The translations under genes and the position numbers were made by a program. A model generated the notes under the pieces. The model ran no database searches. It was not told the origin of the DNA and saw nothing but the letters and a program-made list of their open reading frames with translations. Of a DNA stretch of 64,000 nt, positions 1 to 13,678 are shown in pieces. The first letter of the stretch is position 1. Every line of letters starts with the position of its first letter. The stretch is from Octopus sinensis (taxonomy: Eukaryota): NCBI RefSeq assembly GCF_006345805.1, contig NC_043012.1, positions 23,870,001 through 23,934,000 on the forward strand. Reading direction: 5' to 3'.

Positions 1-116
1 AAAAAACATTCAAAAAAACAAAAAGGAAGGATATATTAGGAAATGTGCCTGAAGAACAGACAGGACAGTCACAACTGGAACATTTTGATCACAGATCTGA
101 GGGCTGGTTACATGGG

Positions 117-436
117 GTGCTGGTGCCACGTAAAAAGTACCAATGCTGGCACTACGTAAAATGCACCTGAGCTGGTATCATGTAAAAAGCACCAGTGCTG
201 GTACCACATGAAAAGCACCAGTGTTGGTGCCACATAAAAAAGTACTGGTGTTAGACCCATGTATAAAGTACTCTGTGCACTCTGTAAAGTGGTTGGTATT
301 AGGAAGGGCATCCAACCATAAAATCGATGTTCAAACACACAACTGGAACCTGGTGCACCTCTTCAGCCTTGCCAGCTCCTGTCAAACCGTCCAACCCATG
401 CCAGCATGGGAAACATTAAATGATGATGATGATGAA
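117..436 (+). mobile_element. 3' UTR/tail fragment of the RTE LINE family seen at 59483-64000
   Basis: Repeated gtgctggtgccacgtaaaa modules, the gtggttgg..ttaggaagggcatcca box, the ccaacccatgccagcatgg box and a (GAT)n tail, as at the LINE 3' end near 59.5 kb. Confidence 0.75.
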
Positions 437-1504
437 GATTATGTCTGTATTGATCAGAGCTGATCTGGAGTTAGTAACAACAACCTGAAGAACTTTGATA
501 TAAGGAAGCAAAGAGAAAAAAAAAAGATAAGCTAAATACAAGGATGAATTCCATGCGTCCTTTACCTCACAATTCTTTAATTCAAATTCTCAAATCTAAT
601 CCCACCAAATATTATGAAGAGACGATTACTTCCCTTGTATTCACTGTCCACAAGGGGACAACACTATGCATTTGAAAAAAACAAACTTTACAAAAACGAA
701 ACAAAAAAAGAGTTGTCAGCAACCAAGTGGAAAAGGTCACCTGAGAGCCTAAGATACAAACTTCTTGTTTTAAAAAGGTTTCCAGCAGAATTTCTTCTTG
801 AATTATGTTCCAAACACTAGCATAATAATTCCAAAGTTAAGTTGCTAAATTCTTCAATGAAGACCGAATTGAAAATTAATTGAAACAAAGTTGGTGTATT
901 TTAAGAGAAATATGGCAACAAAGGGTTAAAATTCTAGGTACACTTATCCATTATCAGTTGTAATAACGCACTCATCCAAAAATATGATGGCAAGATTGAT
1001 AATGGTGAGGATTACAAAAATAATAAACTTAAAGTGATAACCATCATGAATATCCATTTTTCCATACTTGGAAGGGAGATGCCGAGAAGATTTTCTGTAA
1101 CCAGATGCCCTTTTTATTGCTACACCAATTTCAAAGCAAACTGATATTTCCATATCCCAAGGGATGTTTTCATGGAAGACTAGAAGCAAACGACACCACC
1201 TGTACAACAGTGATGCTTATTTACAACAATTTACTCAATGCCAAAATCAAGGAAAACACACTCACACACACAATCATATATATATAATGGACCTCTTTCG
1301 GTTTCTGTCAACCAAATCCACTCACAAGGTATTGTTTGGCCTGGAGATATAGGAGATATTTGTCCCAAGTGACAAGCAGTGGGATTGAACTTGAAACTAA
1401 AGGGTTGCGAAGTAAGCTTCTTAACCACACAGCCATACATGCACCTATAATATCATATATATATATATATGTGTGTGTGTATGTATATATATATATATAT
1501 ATAT

Positions 1505-1864
1505 GCAGGAGTGACTGTGTGGTAAGTAGCTTGCTTACCAACCAGATGGTTACGGGTTCAGTCCCACTGCATGGCACCTTGGGCACGTGTCTTCTACTAT
1601 AGCCTCGGGCCGACCGAAGCTTTGTGAGATGGAAACTAAAAGAAGCCCATCGTATATGTGTGTGTTGTGTGTCTGTGTTTGCTTCCCCACTATCACTTGA
1701 CAACCAATGTTACTGTGTTTACATCCCTGTAACTTAGCAGTTCGGCAAAAGAGACCAATAGAATAAGTACTAGGCTTACAAAGAATAAGTCCTGGGGTTG
1801 ATTTGTTCAACTAAAGGCAGTGCTCCAGCATGACCGCAGTCAAATGACTGAAACAAATAAAAGA

Positions 1865-1866
<2 letters not shown>
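1505..1866 (+). mobile_element. tRNA-derived SINE, family A (near full length)
   Basis: A-box-like gtgactgtgtggtaag, B-box-like ggttcagtccc, conserved core ccttgggca..gtcttctactatagcctcgggccgacc, and tail gcatgaccgcagtcaaatgactgaaaca. More than 25 partial copies occur on both strands. Confidence 0.85.
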
Positions 1867-1898
<32 letters not shown>

Positions 1899-2099
1899 AC
1901 AAACACATAGGTATTATATATGTAATTTACATACACACACACATATATAGGCAATATATATGTAGTATACATACACACATACACATCGATAATATACATA
2001 CATACATATATATATACATATGCACATATATATATATACATACACACATATATATATATACATACATACGTACATATATATACATACATAAGTACGTAC

Positions 2100-2130
<31 letters not shown>

Positions 2131-2230
2131 CATACATATATATACGTACATATATATATACATACATACATACAAATATATATATATATACATACATACG
2201 TACATATATATATATATATATACATACATA
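1866..2230. repeat. (TA)n/(CA)n/(TACA)n compound microsatellite
   Basis: Directly visible. Similar arrays lie at about 3540-4000, 13430-13680, 13925-14480, 23720-24180, 24850-25260, 31900-32200 and 40700-41150. Confidence 0.95.
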
Positions 2231-3065
2231 CACTTGTCCACATCTGCGTTACCAAGTAACTTTGCATGGTTTATTCTGATATGTGAACCTAAGTAAAAAG
2301 GTGCCACACCCACTGTGCCAGTCAGCTGGGCAAGGTGTTACAAGGGCTAGTGAGAAACTAATTCACCAACCAAGCAACCAACACCTTGACATCAAGGAGG
2401 TTATTGAAAGCATTTCATTATGACCCCTTATTGACATTGCTGTATGAGAAGGAGCACCACAGAATGAATGAAATAAAAAGAAAAACATTGGCGTGTCTGC
2501 ACGCGCACGTGGTGTGTGTGTATATATATACATACACACAGATGCATATATAAGCATATACACATAAACATACATAGACACATACACACACACACAAATA
2601 TATATATATATACACACATACACAAATATACTGTATACATAGAAAGGGAGAGAGAGAGAGGAGTGAATGAAAGAGAAGAGGGGAAAGTGAAAGTAGAATA
2701 GGAGAGAGAGAGAAAGAGTCAGACAGAGTCAGAGATGATGAAAATTACAGACTGGGTGATGTGGGCAGGGGTGTATTAGTATTCAAGTGGTGGCAGCTGT
2801 GCCAAGGTAGTAGTTGTGGTGGTGATGGTTCTGTTACTGTAGTAGACATGGTGGCGGTGGTAGTGGTGGTGGTGATAGAGGCTCAGTTGGGTCTTCTTGT
2901 TGGTTATACTAGTAGAGAACAACAATAACAACAACAACCAAAAAAATTATGACAAACATTGATGGTCAATGATGTCAGTGGTGATGATGAAGATAATCAT
3001 GGTGGTGAGGGTGGTGATGGTGTCAGAAGGAACCATAACAGAGATAGTTGCATCAGTAGTAAAAA

Positions 3066-3108
<43 letters not shown>

Positions 3109-3886
3109 CATAACAATAACAACATTAGTGGTGTAGTAGTGGCAGTCTTGTGATGGTATTGGTGGTGGTGCTGATGGTTAAGAGAGCAGCACTGACTGTG
3201 AGGGTGGCGGTGGTGGTGGTGGTGGCGGCAACATTTCGGGTGGTGGCAGTGGCGGTTCTAATCAGAGTGAACTGGTTGTGTGTCTGATAGCATTGTCTGT
3301 AGTAGTGGTGGTGGTAGAAGGTGGCGGTGGGAGGATGGGCGGTAGAATGGAAGTGGTGGTGGTGGTGGTGGTGTGTGTGGCGGTGGCAGCGGCAGTATAG
3401 GTTGCGGGGTCGAGGGGCTGGAGTTTCTTTTGATACATGGTGCGAAAGTGATTTATGCATTGTTGTAAGAAAGGTCTATGGTTAAGCTTGGATGGGTAGA
3501 TGGGGTGTACAGTTGCATAAATGTGCAGTAAAGCATGTATACATATGTGTTGTGTGTGTGTGTGTGTGTATAAGTCTGAGTGTATGTGTGTGTGTGTAGG
3601 GGAGTGTGTCTGTCCATGAACAAACAAACGTCTGTGAGTGTCCTGATATATACATATACATTTACACAACACATACATTCACACATACATATATATATGC
3701 GTGAGTGTGAGTGTTTGTGTGTGTGTGTATACACACACACATATATTATATACATGCACACACATTCAAATAAATACACACTGAAATATGTAGACATCTA
3801 TATAAGTGTGTGTGTGTACATACCCACACACACATATATACATGCATACACACATATCCAAATAAATGTGTGTGGTTGTATGTATG

Positions 3887-3917
<31 letters not shown>

Positions 3918-4376
3918 ATGTATATATATATGTATATATATATATATATATGTATGTATATGTATATATATATATATATATACACATGCAAACAGACATA
4001 TGTATATAATCTGTAAAAGTATAAATAATGCATAATAAATGTATATAAATGTATATATGTCAACCCATCATTGTATGTGCGTATTCGGAGAGAAGGAGAG
4101 AGAAAGAGGGCGGAAAGGGAGGGAGAAGTCTATATAGATAATAGTGATTGCGTGTTTCTATATACGTACATATGGATGTGTGTGTGTGTGTGTCTGTGTA
4201 TACATATGTATGTGCTCGAGTTATCATTAGTCCCTCATGTGATTTTTAGCAGTGGTCACTCACAAAATACTGAAGTGGCAGTTCCAGAGTACATCTGTAC
4301 ACATACACACAAACATATACATACGAGTATACATACATACATACATATAGATACATACATACATTATATATATTCT

Positions 4377-4748
4377 CTTACTCTTTTACTCTTTTACTTG
4401 TTTCAGTCATTTGACCGTGGCCATGCTGGAGCACTGCCTTTAGTCGAGCAAATCGACCCCAGGACTTATTCTTTGTAAGCCTAGTACTTATTCTATCGGT
4501 CTCTTTTGCCGAACCGCTAAGTTACGGGGACGTAAACACACCAGAATCAGTTGTCAAGCGATGTTGGCGGGGTACAAACACAGACAGACAAACATATACA
4601 CACACACACATACATATATATTATACGTATCTACTCACAAGGCTTTGGTTGGCCCGAGACTATAATAGAAGACAGTTGGCCAAGTTGGGACTGAACCCGG
4701 AACCATGTGGTTTGTAAGCAAGCTACTTACCACACAGCCACTCCTACG

Positions 4749-4751
<3 letters not shown>
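4377..4751 (-). mobile_element. SINE family A copy with an internal deletion in the core
   Basis: Reverse complement of the 1505/23063 copies, ending in cacacagccactcctacgcc then (TA)n. Confidence 0.85.
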
Positions 4752-4793
<42 letters not shown>

Positions 4794-4796
4794 AAA

Positions 4797-4925
4797 AAAT
4801 ACAAACTGGGACAAGAAAGCAAAACATCTTGATGACGACACAAAAAACACGGACGGGACATTCGAAGCCTTCAATCTTCAGTCAAGAACCGGATCATCTT
4901 CGCAATTTCACCTGATTAATCTTAT
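4797..4925 (-). mobile_element. Fragment of the Penelope-like terminal repeat seen at 58235-59286
   Basis: ggacgggacattcgaagcc..tc(a/t)tcagtcaagaacc(a/g)gatcatctt..caattt..ctgattaatctt is shared with the 58 kb repeats; flanked by (TA)n. Confidence 0.6.
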
Positions 4926-5760
4926 TTATATATATATATATGAAAACTATATACTATATACATATTGATATTAGGCATTTTAATTTTAGTTGTCTAAACA
5001 ACTGAACTACCATAAATTGGAGCGGTTGTGTATCCCACAGACACTCGAAGGTTTAGTGTAAAGCTGAGGCAAAAATGAGCACAGTACACTATTTCAGGAA
5101 AGCTGGCTCTTTGAAATGCCGGTATAATCCACCTGCCAGGCTTCCATACAGTTTCTGTCTATATAATTCTACTCACAAAACAAAATTATGAACAAAAGAA
5201 AAAGAAAAAAACAACTTATATATGTATTCATATATGTTTTCATATTTATGTGTGTGTGTGTATATGTACACAAAAAGGTGAAAGGCTAAGTCAACCTTGG
5301 CAGAATTTGAACTCAGAACGTAAAGATAGATGAAATGCCACTAAGCATTTTGCCTGGTATGCTAATGATTCAGCCAGCTTGCTACCTAAATGCTTTCTAA
5401 TTGATGTATCAATACTAGCAGATGAGAACCTTTCTCTAAAAGAATACAAAGACCTGGAAATAGAGGAACTCGAATGTGGAATCTAAAAACAGAAACAATT
5501 CCTATCATAATAGGCGCATTAGATATGATTAAAAAATATTAAGACAAATACATAATAAAAAAAAAGCCAGGACTTACAAACATATATGACATACTGAAAA
5601 TTGCACTATTAGGCATTGCACACATCCTACGTAAAACACTTTCAATACAGTAACCATAAGAGCATCACAGCAAACCACAGCACATACCCGAGGCACACAG
5701 AGCTGAGCTCGGTAGTGCGGTGAAAACATGTGATAAAAATAAGACTACTGAATGATGATG

Positions 5761-5792
<32 letters not shown>

Positions 5793-6390
5793 GTAACAGA
5801 ACGTTCAACAAGATCAACTTTTGCATCAGTATTATTACCAAACCAAAAACCCACCGATTCTAATGGTAGTGCCAACAACACGAGAAACCTCATCACCAAT
5901 GAACCCCAAGAATATCTCAAAGACAATGACACCATGTAGAATTAAATGTAACACGCTACAAACATGATACACACACAAACAAACAAACAAAACAGACACG
6001 CACCAAATGACCCACTGCTCAGCAACATGCCAACCCTATCTCCATCAAGTGAAGTGGTGGATTTTCATTGTCACAAACACACATGACACACCAACACCAA
6101 ACACTGGTACAAACTAAGAGTGGACCATGCACGATGCTGCCAGCGACAGAAGCTAGTGTGGGGCAATGTGAATGCAACACCTACTGTGTGCCCTCACAAA
6201 ACTGGACAAGGGTCAAGCTAAGGTGTGGTTGTCTAAGTGATAACCTCGCTTCCCAAACTTGTGGTTTTAGGTCAGTCCCACTGTGCAACACCTCAAGCTT
6301 CTTCAACTGTAGCCCTGGGCTGACTAAAGGCCTGCAAAAGGATTCTGGAGATGGAAACAGAGAGAGACACCTGTTATATATGAAGTAAGC

Positions 6391-6708
6391 GGAAAGTGTA
6401 ACCTCTCGAAAGAGCTGTTCTTTCACTTCTGCTCCAGAGCGTCGGCTGCGGGGTCATTCCGAAAAGCTCTATCTGCGACGATTTCATCTCAATCGAAGGA
6501 GAGGGGCTTTCTCCGTCCGGGTTGCGGATCCGTGGAATAAGCTGCTGGACGAGATAGTGAAGATGCCGACGACCACTCGGTTCAAAGTCTCCCTTAACCA
6601 CAAGTGGCCTGAACTCTTTGCGTGAACACCACCCTGTACATAACCCCATGTCCCCCTACATGGCCTTGCTTTTTGCTGTTTGAGCCAAAAAATTAACTAA
6701 CTAACTAC
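6391..6708 (+). mobile_element. CR1/L2-group LINE 3' end
   Basis: Translates as RRLRGHSEKLYLRRFHLNRRRGAFSVRVADPWNKLLDEIVKMPTTTRFKVSLNHKWPEL, the CR1 ORF2 C-terminal pattern, followed by a short 3' UTR and a (TAAC)n tail. Confidence 0.8.
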
Positions 6709-6710
6709 TT

Positions 6711-6998
6711 TCAAAAGCCATCCAACATTATTTTTTCCAGGCACAACGAATGCTGCATGGGAAAAAATCGCTTGGGTGGGAGGTGATGCCACCCTGCACA
6801 TACATGTCAGTTGCAGGCTGTTATGCCTAGAGGACAAATGTGTAGTGCATGCTCATTGGATATTTGTTTCCATGCAAAATGATCGAACGCATTGAGCTGT
6901 GAGCATAAACCCAAACCTCATCACCAGTGACAATAGTCTTCATGAAGTTAGGGTCGTGGTTTGCAGAGTCCAGCAAGTCCTGAACAATTTCCCTGCAT
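6711..6998. mobile_element. Rearranged mariner remnant
   Basis: The + strand gives a transposase-like start (MIERIE.. at 6879). The - strand at 6902-6998 gives CREIVQDLLDSANHDPNFMKTIVTGDEVWVY, the mariner first-Asp motif I(V/I)TGDE.W. Confidence 0.7.
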
Positions 6999-7198
6999 AG
7001 GCACAAGAGTGGCTGTGTGTTAAGTAGCTTGCTAACCAACCACATGGTTCCGGGTTCAGTCCCATTGCATGGCATCTTGGGCAAGTGTCTTCTGCTATAG
7101 CCTCAGGCTGACCAATGCCTTGTGAGTGGATTTGGTAGACAGAAACTGAAAGAAGCCTGTCGTATATATATGTATATGCAAAAATGATGATATAATGA

Positions 7199-7233
<35 letters not shown>

Positions 7234-7395
7234 AACGCACACACTAGCCATTGTTCACAATTGAGATTGACACAATAAGTGGTGCCACATTTTAAAGAAC
7301 TTTTTACATGCCCATGTAGTTACTTGCGAGCATAGGCCCCCATTCCCTCTCACACCTCCCACTTCTAGACCTGGCAGAGCATCTTGAATGCAATG

Positions 7396-7437
<42 letters not shown>

Positions 7438-8139
7438 TGCATTATTTCTCAGAGAGCATTCTTTTCAGCTGAATTCAAGGATCAACATGATGTCCAGTCC
7501 AGGAATTGAAACTATGATCTTTAGATCACCTGGTCATGTGCTACCATACATAGATGCACGCACGCACAGGTGAGTACACACACAATTTGGTTCTGGGAAC
7601 GGTAATATCTTTTTATCTTTTACTAGTTTCAGTCATTGGACTGCAGCCATGCTGGGTCACCGCTTTGAAGGATTTTAGCTGAACATATCAACCCTAATAT
7701 TTTAAGTCTCTTTTACTGAATCGCTAAGTTATGGAAACACAAATAAACCAACACCAGCTGTCAAGCAGTTGGGTGGGGAGGCAAATAAAACATAAGCACT
7801 CACTCTCTTTCTCTCACTTACTCACACACACATCATGAGCTTCCACACAATTTTCATCTACCAGATTAACTCACATGGTATTGGTCAACCCAGGGGCTGT
7901 AGCAGAAGGCATTTAGACAAAATGCCACAGAGCAGGACTGAACCTGAAACCACATGGTTGCAAAGTGATATTCTTAACCACACAGCCATGCACCTGTCTA
8001 GATGTTGTTAACAAAAACTAAAAACAAGAGAAAGAAAAAAAAAAGGAAAACATATTTTGATGGAATGTTAAAAGCAGATTTATTTCTTGATTTCTAGTTT
8101 CCAAAAAATGGAAGAGCATAATTTTTATTGGATTATGCC

Positions 8140-8545
8140 AAGTCAACCACACAGTGTTAAGCCTGCACAGTTTAGTAATATCTCCTTTGGTATGAGGATG
8201 CTTCAAAGGACCATGCACTGCCATTGGCCAGATTTTGTATCCAAACAAATGACTAATGTCAGAAACTGGGATGTATGCGATTCCTTGTATGGTACAAAAA
8301 TGTCTGCTTGGACTGTTTGGTGATGTTGGATGCTGCATACTTTGTCCTTGCTTCTAAGGATCCAGCTGGGATGGCAGATAGCTTGTGATGGTCAGCCACA
8401 TGCCTCATGATCACAGCAGGTGAGGAAATATCTCTCTGAGATGGGGATGGACTGAGGCACTGCTTGGAGGGTTGCCCGGGATGACCAGAGCAAATGGTGG
8501 ATGTAACAACATGCTGCAATGGTGCACACACTGATACCAGGCCTG
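8140..8545 (+). mobile_element. Degenerate RTE LINE ORF2 C-terminal fragment
   Basis: SFGMRMLQRTMHCHWPDFVS and QPHAS*SQQVRKYLSEMGMD*GTAWRVARD match the RTE post-RT pattern; several stops. Confidence 0.6.
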
Positions 8546-8751
8546 ATCTGGGTTGCTTGCTCAATACCTTGAGGACAGAATTAAAATCAGTGGCTTAAAA
8601 AAAAAAAACTTGTATCAATGGACTTTGAAACCTGCTGAACAGAACCAGGTTTGATTGCTCCTGCATGAGAAATTAAATTCTAGACAATGGCAAGAGGAAA
8701 CTACCTCTGAATTGTGTTAAGAAGGCCTTCTTTTTAAGGATTCATTTTTAA

Positions 8752-8971
8752 CCCTTTAATGTTCAGATTATTCTGTCAAATGTGATGTTTGTTTATTTAT
8801 ATTGTTTTGAATTAATCATGCATTATCTTGTAGTTTAGAGATTTCAGTGATGTGATTTTTTAGTTTTAGAATGACATGGTAGGGCTGAGGTGAGGGGCAA
8901 GATCTGGTCAGTTTCAATATAAAACAGGTTAAATATTTTGGACAGATATGGCCGGTTTGAATGCTAAAGGG
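8752..8971. mobile_element. piggyBac-type MITE
   Basis: TTAA on both sides (8748-8751, 8972-8975) and imperfect TIRs ccctttaatgttca / tgaatgctaaaggg. Confidence 0.8.
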
Positions 8972-10167
8972 TTAAAGGTTACAGTTGAAATCTACTTTAT
9001 ATCTGTATATTATATCAAGCAATACAAACCATCATACTCGACAGCTGCAGGTTCATGTCACACTATCTGCCTGCAGCAGAGCATGGAGACTGCTTTTAAC
9101 CTATAAGGAAAAACTCACTGCTCTTAACTCCACAACCATGGGGACATGGCTGTGTAGTTACAGAAATTGCTTTGCCACCACATGGTCTTGGATTCAGTTC
9201 CACTGCACATCACACTGTGCATATGTCTTCTGTTATAGCCCCAAGCAGACAAATTTTCTGTCAATTAATTTGGTTGATGGAAATTGTGTGGAAGCTTGTC
9301 ATGTGTGTGTGTGTGTGTGTGCGTGAGAGAGAGAGAGAGAGAGTTTGTGTCTTTGTCGCCCCCACACTGCTTGACAATCAGTGTTGGTTTGTTTACATTC
9401 CTATGACTTAGTGGTTCAACAAAAGAGACAACTGGAGCCAGGCTTTAAAAGTGAATGCTGGGACCTTTCAAAGTAGTGCCACTGCATGGCTGCAGTCCAA
9501 TGACTGAAACATGTGTATGGTAAAAGATAACGTGACCCTATTTAGTAGCATTATTAAAAAGGAGACATCGATTATGTATAGGACAGGAGGATACTGAGGC
9601 AGGTTGATCTAAACATAGATAGATGGATAGACATATAAACACAGAGAGAGAGAGAGAGTGGGAGAGGAAGGAGAAAGAGATGAACATCAAGATAGAGGCC
9701 TGAACAAGCTGTTATGAAGATAATGAATGTGAAAAGCAGCTTCACAAGTGAATAAATGTATTTCAATGAAGCAACTCCGTGTAAACAAGTTTTATTAAAT
9801 ATGTTTTAGAAATATTAAAAGTCAATACAGCAATGATTATTTTGTTGTGTTTGTGTGCGATATATCTATTGGTGGCTAATTAGACATTACACAACAAAAT
9901 ACATGACACAACCTATAAATTGCTAAGTAAATATACTTAGAGTTGCTTGAATGTTGCTTGGTGTAAAGATTAAGGTTAATAACCAGGATTGATTTGTGCA
10001 TTTGTTTCATGTTTGTTTTTTCCATACACGAGAGTTAGAGAGAGTGTACTGCCTTATGGCTGGGTGCTCTTCCAGTCACAAACTCTTACCTGACAAGAGG
10101 AGTATTGTTATGATGTTAAATCCTCCCTGAAATGTCTCATCCAACACATCTTAACTTATAAAAACTA

Positions 10168-10460
10168 TGGGCATAGCATAGTAGATAAAGACACAGTGGA
10201 CAAAGATTAATGTAGTGCAGTCACCTTGAGGTTTTCAGTTCAATCCCAGGCAATTCACAGAAAAATTAACTGAAGCAAAAAAAAAAAAAAGGAAAGAAAA
10301 TGTCTTGAAATGCAGAGAACGGAATGAGAACAGTGGAACCCCATGTGTCAAAGGTTTAGGCGTGAGTTCAACAGACGACACCTGAGAATGGCTGGAGCAT
10401 ACAGCAGCTGAAATATATTGAAAACAATAATCAAGATGAAGACACCAATCTGACTAATAT
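10168..10460 (+). mobile_element. Old tRNA-headed element with a hammerhead-like 3' part
   Basis: A-box-like tagcatagtag (10174), B-box gttcaatccc (10238), an A-run, then gacac-CTGAGAA-t-ggctg..cagct-GAAAT and caagatgaagac, resembling 17688-17760. Confidence 0.45.
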
Positions 10461-10934
10461 AAACAGAAGATATCTCAGACATATAGAATTCGAAGAAAAG
10501 AAGAAGTGTTCAATGAAGAATATACAATATTCTGAGAAGAATCAGTCTACTGATTCGCTCAATGAGGTCTCTTGGATTATGTTCTAATTACCTACTCCCA
10601 CAAGACAGTGCAGCTTTCCAGCTTACTATCCCTGGTCAAACTGTCCAACCCATGCCAGCATGGACAACGGATGTTAAATGATGATGGTGATATTTCCCAT
10701 GGCACACACACACACGTATGCGCATGCATGCACAGATATGTGTGCATGTGTGCCATGGGGAAACATTACCTTACTTAACAGCAAGTGAGGGTTTGTGAAA
10801 GGAAGAGCATCTGGTCATAGTCTGCCTCACCAAATTCCATCTGACCAATGTAAACATGGGAAAGTAGGCAATGATGATGATGATGACTGTCACAGCTGTG
10901 GAGCTTGTGATTTATGAGTTATTATCGAAGCCAG

Positions 10935-11200
10935 TGCCACCTCGACTGGCTTCCGTGCAGGTGGCACGTAAAATGCACCAATCTAACCGTGGCCATTGCC
11001 AGCCTTGCCTGGCTCCAGTGCAGGTGGCACGTAAAAAGCACCCACTACACTCACGGAGTGGTTGGCGTTAGGAAGGGCATCCAGCTGTAGAAACATTGCC
11101 AGATAAGACTGGAGCCTGGTGCAGCCTTCTGGCTTCCCAGATCCCCGGTCGAACCGTCCAACCCAAGCTAGCATGGAGAACAGATGTTAAACGATGATGA
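10935..11200 (+). mobile_element. RTE LINE 3' UTR/tail fragment
   Basis: gtgcaggtggcacgtaaaa modules, gagtggttggcgttaggaagggcatccagctgtagaaac, and a (GAT)n tail. Confidence 0.8.
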
Positions 11201-11216
11201 TGATGATGCTTATAAA

Positions 11217-11443
11217 GGGTGGCAAGCTGGCAGAAACGTTAATAGGCTGGGTGAAATGTGTAGCCATATTTCGTCTGCTGTTACGTTCTGAGTTCAAATT
11301 CCACTGAGGTCGACTTTGCCTTTCATCCTTTCGGGGTCGATAAATTAAGTACCAATTATGCACCGGGGTCGATGTAATCAACTTAATCCATTTGTCCTTG
11401 TTTGTCCCCTCCGTGTTTAGCCCCTCGTGGGTAGTAAAGAAAT
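11217..11443 (+). mobile_element. tRNA-derived SINE, family B
   Basis: ggcaagctggcagaaacgtt head, B-box gagttcaaattcc, core gaggtcgactttgcctttcatcctttcggggtcgataaa, tail gtgggtagtaaagaaat. Other copies at about 5275, 11760, 12010, 15040, 36175, 38230, 38636, 40030 and 51482. Confidence 0.85.
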
Positions 11444-12289
11444 ATATTTACGAGTTATTACATCTTACCATGGTTTCATCTTCCTCTTGATGCTTTAACA
11501 CGAGTGCTTTACAGTAATCTAGTTATATCGATAGCTTCACCAATGTCTGGTGAATAGAATTTGGTTGATGGCAATAACGTGTAAGCCTTTCAAAGAGGAC
11601 TTATTTTAATTATTCCTACAGGAGAGACTGAACACCTGATGAGGTTAACAGAAAACTGAAATCTACTAAGAAACCTTTGCCAATATTCCACAAGGGCATC
11701 CCAAATTTAAATTTCCATCTTCAGTAGATGTTTAGCTAGAAATATTACTAATGAGAGTAAGGCAGAAAGCTGGTAGAATCGTTAGCTTGACAGGCAAGAT
11801 GCTTAGCAGGGTTTTGTCCATCAAATTCAGCAGGGGTTGATTTTTGCCTTTCATCCTTTTGGGGTTGATAAAATGAGTTCCAGTCAAGTACTGGGGTCAA
11901 TGTAATTGACTTAACCCATTCCACCAAAATTGCTGGCCTTGTGCCAAAACTTGGAACCAATATTACTAAAGAGAGAAGATAACAAATAGGCCAAATTGTT
12001 ACAGACAAAATGCACAGTGGCGTCTCTTCCAGTTCTTTGTTTTGAGTTCAAATACTATCAAAGTCAACTTTGCCTTTCATCTTTTAGGATGTTGATAAAA
12101 ATAATTACCAGTTAGATGCTGGGGTCAATGTAATTGACCTCTTCACTCTTGCACTTGCCAGCCATGCACCAAAATTAGAAAGAATATTTCTATCAATAAA
12201 ACTGTACTAGATTATTTAGGCTTTATGTAAGTATAATAAGGTGGATGATTAATTCCTGATGAACTCAGTAGGTTACTGACATTTGATTC

Positions 12290-12490
12290 TGTAGCTTAGT
12301 AATCCAAGGACCCTGTTGCTCAAGGTTGACTGTGTATGTTCACCTAGGAAGCTCCTTTCCAGAGTAAGGGTCTGGAAGACCAACTATTAGTTATGCAGCC
12401 CTTCTGCCTTCTCTAAGCTGTTGATGTCATCCAAGAGAAACCTAATGTCTGTTGGAGTTTGGTATTGTCTGCATCACAAGCAAACTGAAA
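12290..12490 (-). pseudogene. Very degenerate CR1/L2-like RT fragment
   Basis: Frame-shifted FACDADNTK followed by LLDDINSLEK resembles the FADDTK..LQ.DL..L segment. Confidence 0.35.
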
Positions 12491-13605
12491 ATATAAACTA
12501 CAACAACACATACGTCATGGTGTTTTTGTCCAAAGCTCTAATAATTCCATAAATCAAATATTCTGGCATTCAATTGGAATTTTCAGGCCAAAATTCACAG
12601 CCAAAACAAGGTAGGTCAATTTACCCACCAGGATGACTTTGGAGGACCAAAAATTCCATGTGAAATTCAACACGATTAAGAAAGGTAATGGTGATGTTTG
12701 AATGGTTACACTACAAGCTTATACTACAATGACTTATATACGCTGGAAAAAATGGTATTTTATTACAAAATAATATTTCAATAACCTCAGAAGGATGAAA
12801 ACCAAAATATACGTCAACAGGAAACTACGAAAAACAGAACAAATATCAAAACATGACTGTCCCAATCCAGTGGTTTTTATTCTGTAGTATACTTAGGGAA
12901 AGGCATGCATGCCACAACATTCATTTAACAGCTCTTGAAATCAATAGGGCTATTTAATACCTACAAGCATGAAAAGTCTGGCAACTGACATTATTTAATG
13001 CAAAAGAGAATGACAAATATACATATGTGTATATATATATATATATATATGAGTATATATACATATAGATATATGCTGTGTATGTATGTAGGTATGTATG
13101 TATTATATTTTTTTTTACCAAATTGCATGACTCAAAGTTATAAAATCTGGTAAAAATGTAATGAAAAGAGGCGTAAAAAAAACCCAAAAAGAACTACAGC
13201 TGAATATGTGTATTTCCATAAATGAAGTTTAACTAAACAAGGTTTTATTAAATACTAAAAGTGGGAAATCAAACAGCACCGATAACAACAATATTTATAA
13301 TGAATTCACAAAACCAAACACACACACCATATTCCATGAAGTCATTATATTTTCATAACCATATGTAATCTGACACAGATTCCTCTATATACATCAGAAT
13401 ATACATACACTCCACCACATACACACACACATACATACATATACACATGCACAAATACATATATATTTATATGTATATGTGTGTGTATGTGCGTATGTCT
13501 ACATAGATATGTTTGCATTTTTTTCTGTTTGTGTGTGAATACACACACATGCACATGTGTGTATATGTATATATATATATATATATTATATATATATATA
13601 TATAT

Positions 13606-13678
<73 letters not shown>

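Noticed and set aside
1811-2313. Long Y/I/V/C/H/T-rich ORFs here and at 3.5-4, 13.4-14.5, 21-25, 32-33 and 40.5-41.3 kb
   Set aside because: They are translations of (TA)n, (CA)n and (TACA)n microsatellites.
2780-3490. GGT/AGT-rich block with minus-strand ORFs (PFLQQCINHFRTMY.., poly-His/Thr)
   Set aside because: It is a triplet mosaic open in several frames, with no recognisable domain or partner exons.
5642-6185. Unique stretch with hydrophobic minus-strand ORFs
   Set aside because: No homology recognised, no convincing splice pair, and the poly-Leu comes from (AAT)n.
8259-8567. Minus-strand 101-aa ORF with an acceptor-like site, initially exon-like
   Set aside because: It is the antisense of a degenerate RTE ORF2 on the + strand.
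11631-11665. acac-CTGATGA-ggtt..aact-GAAA hammerhead-like motif
   Set aside because: There is no helix III or helix I partner downstream; could be chance.
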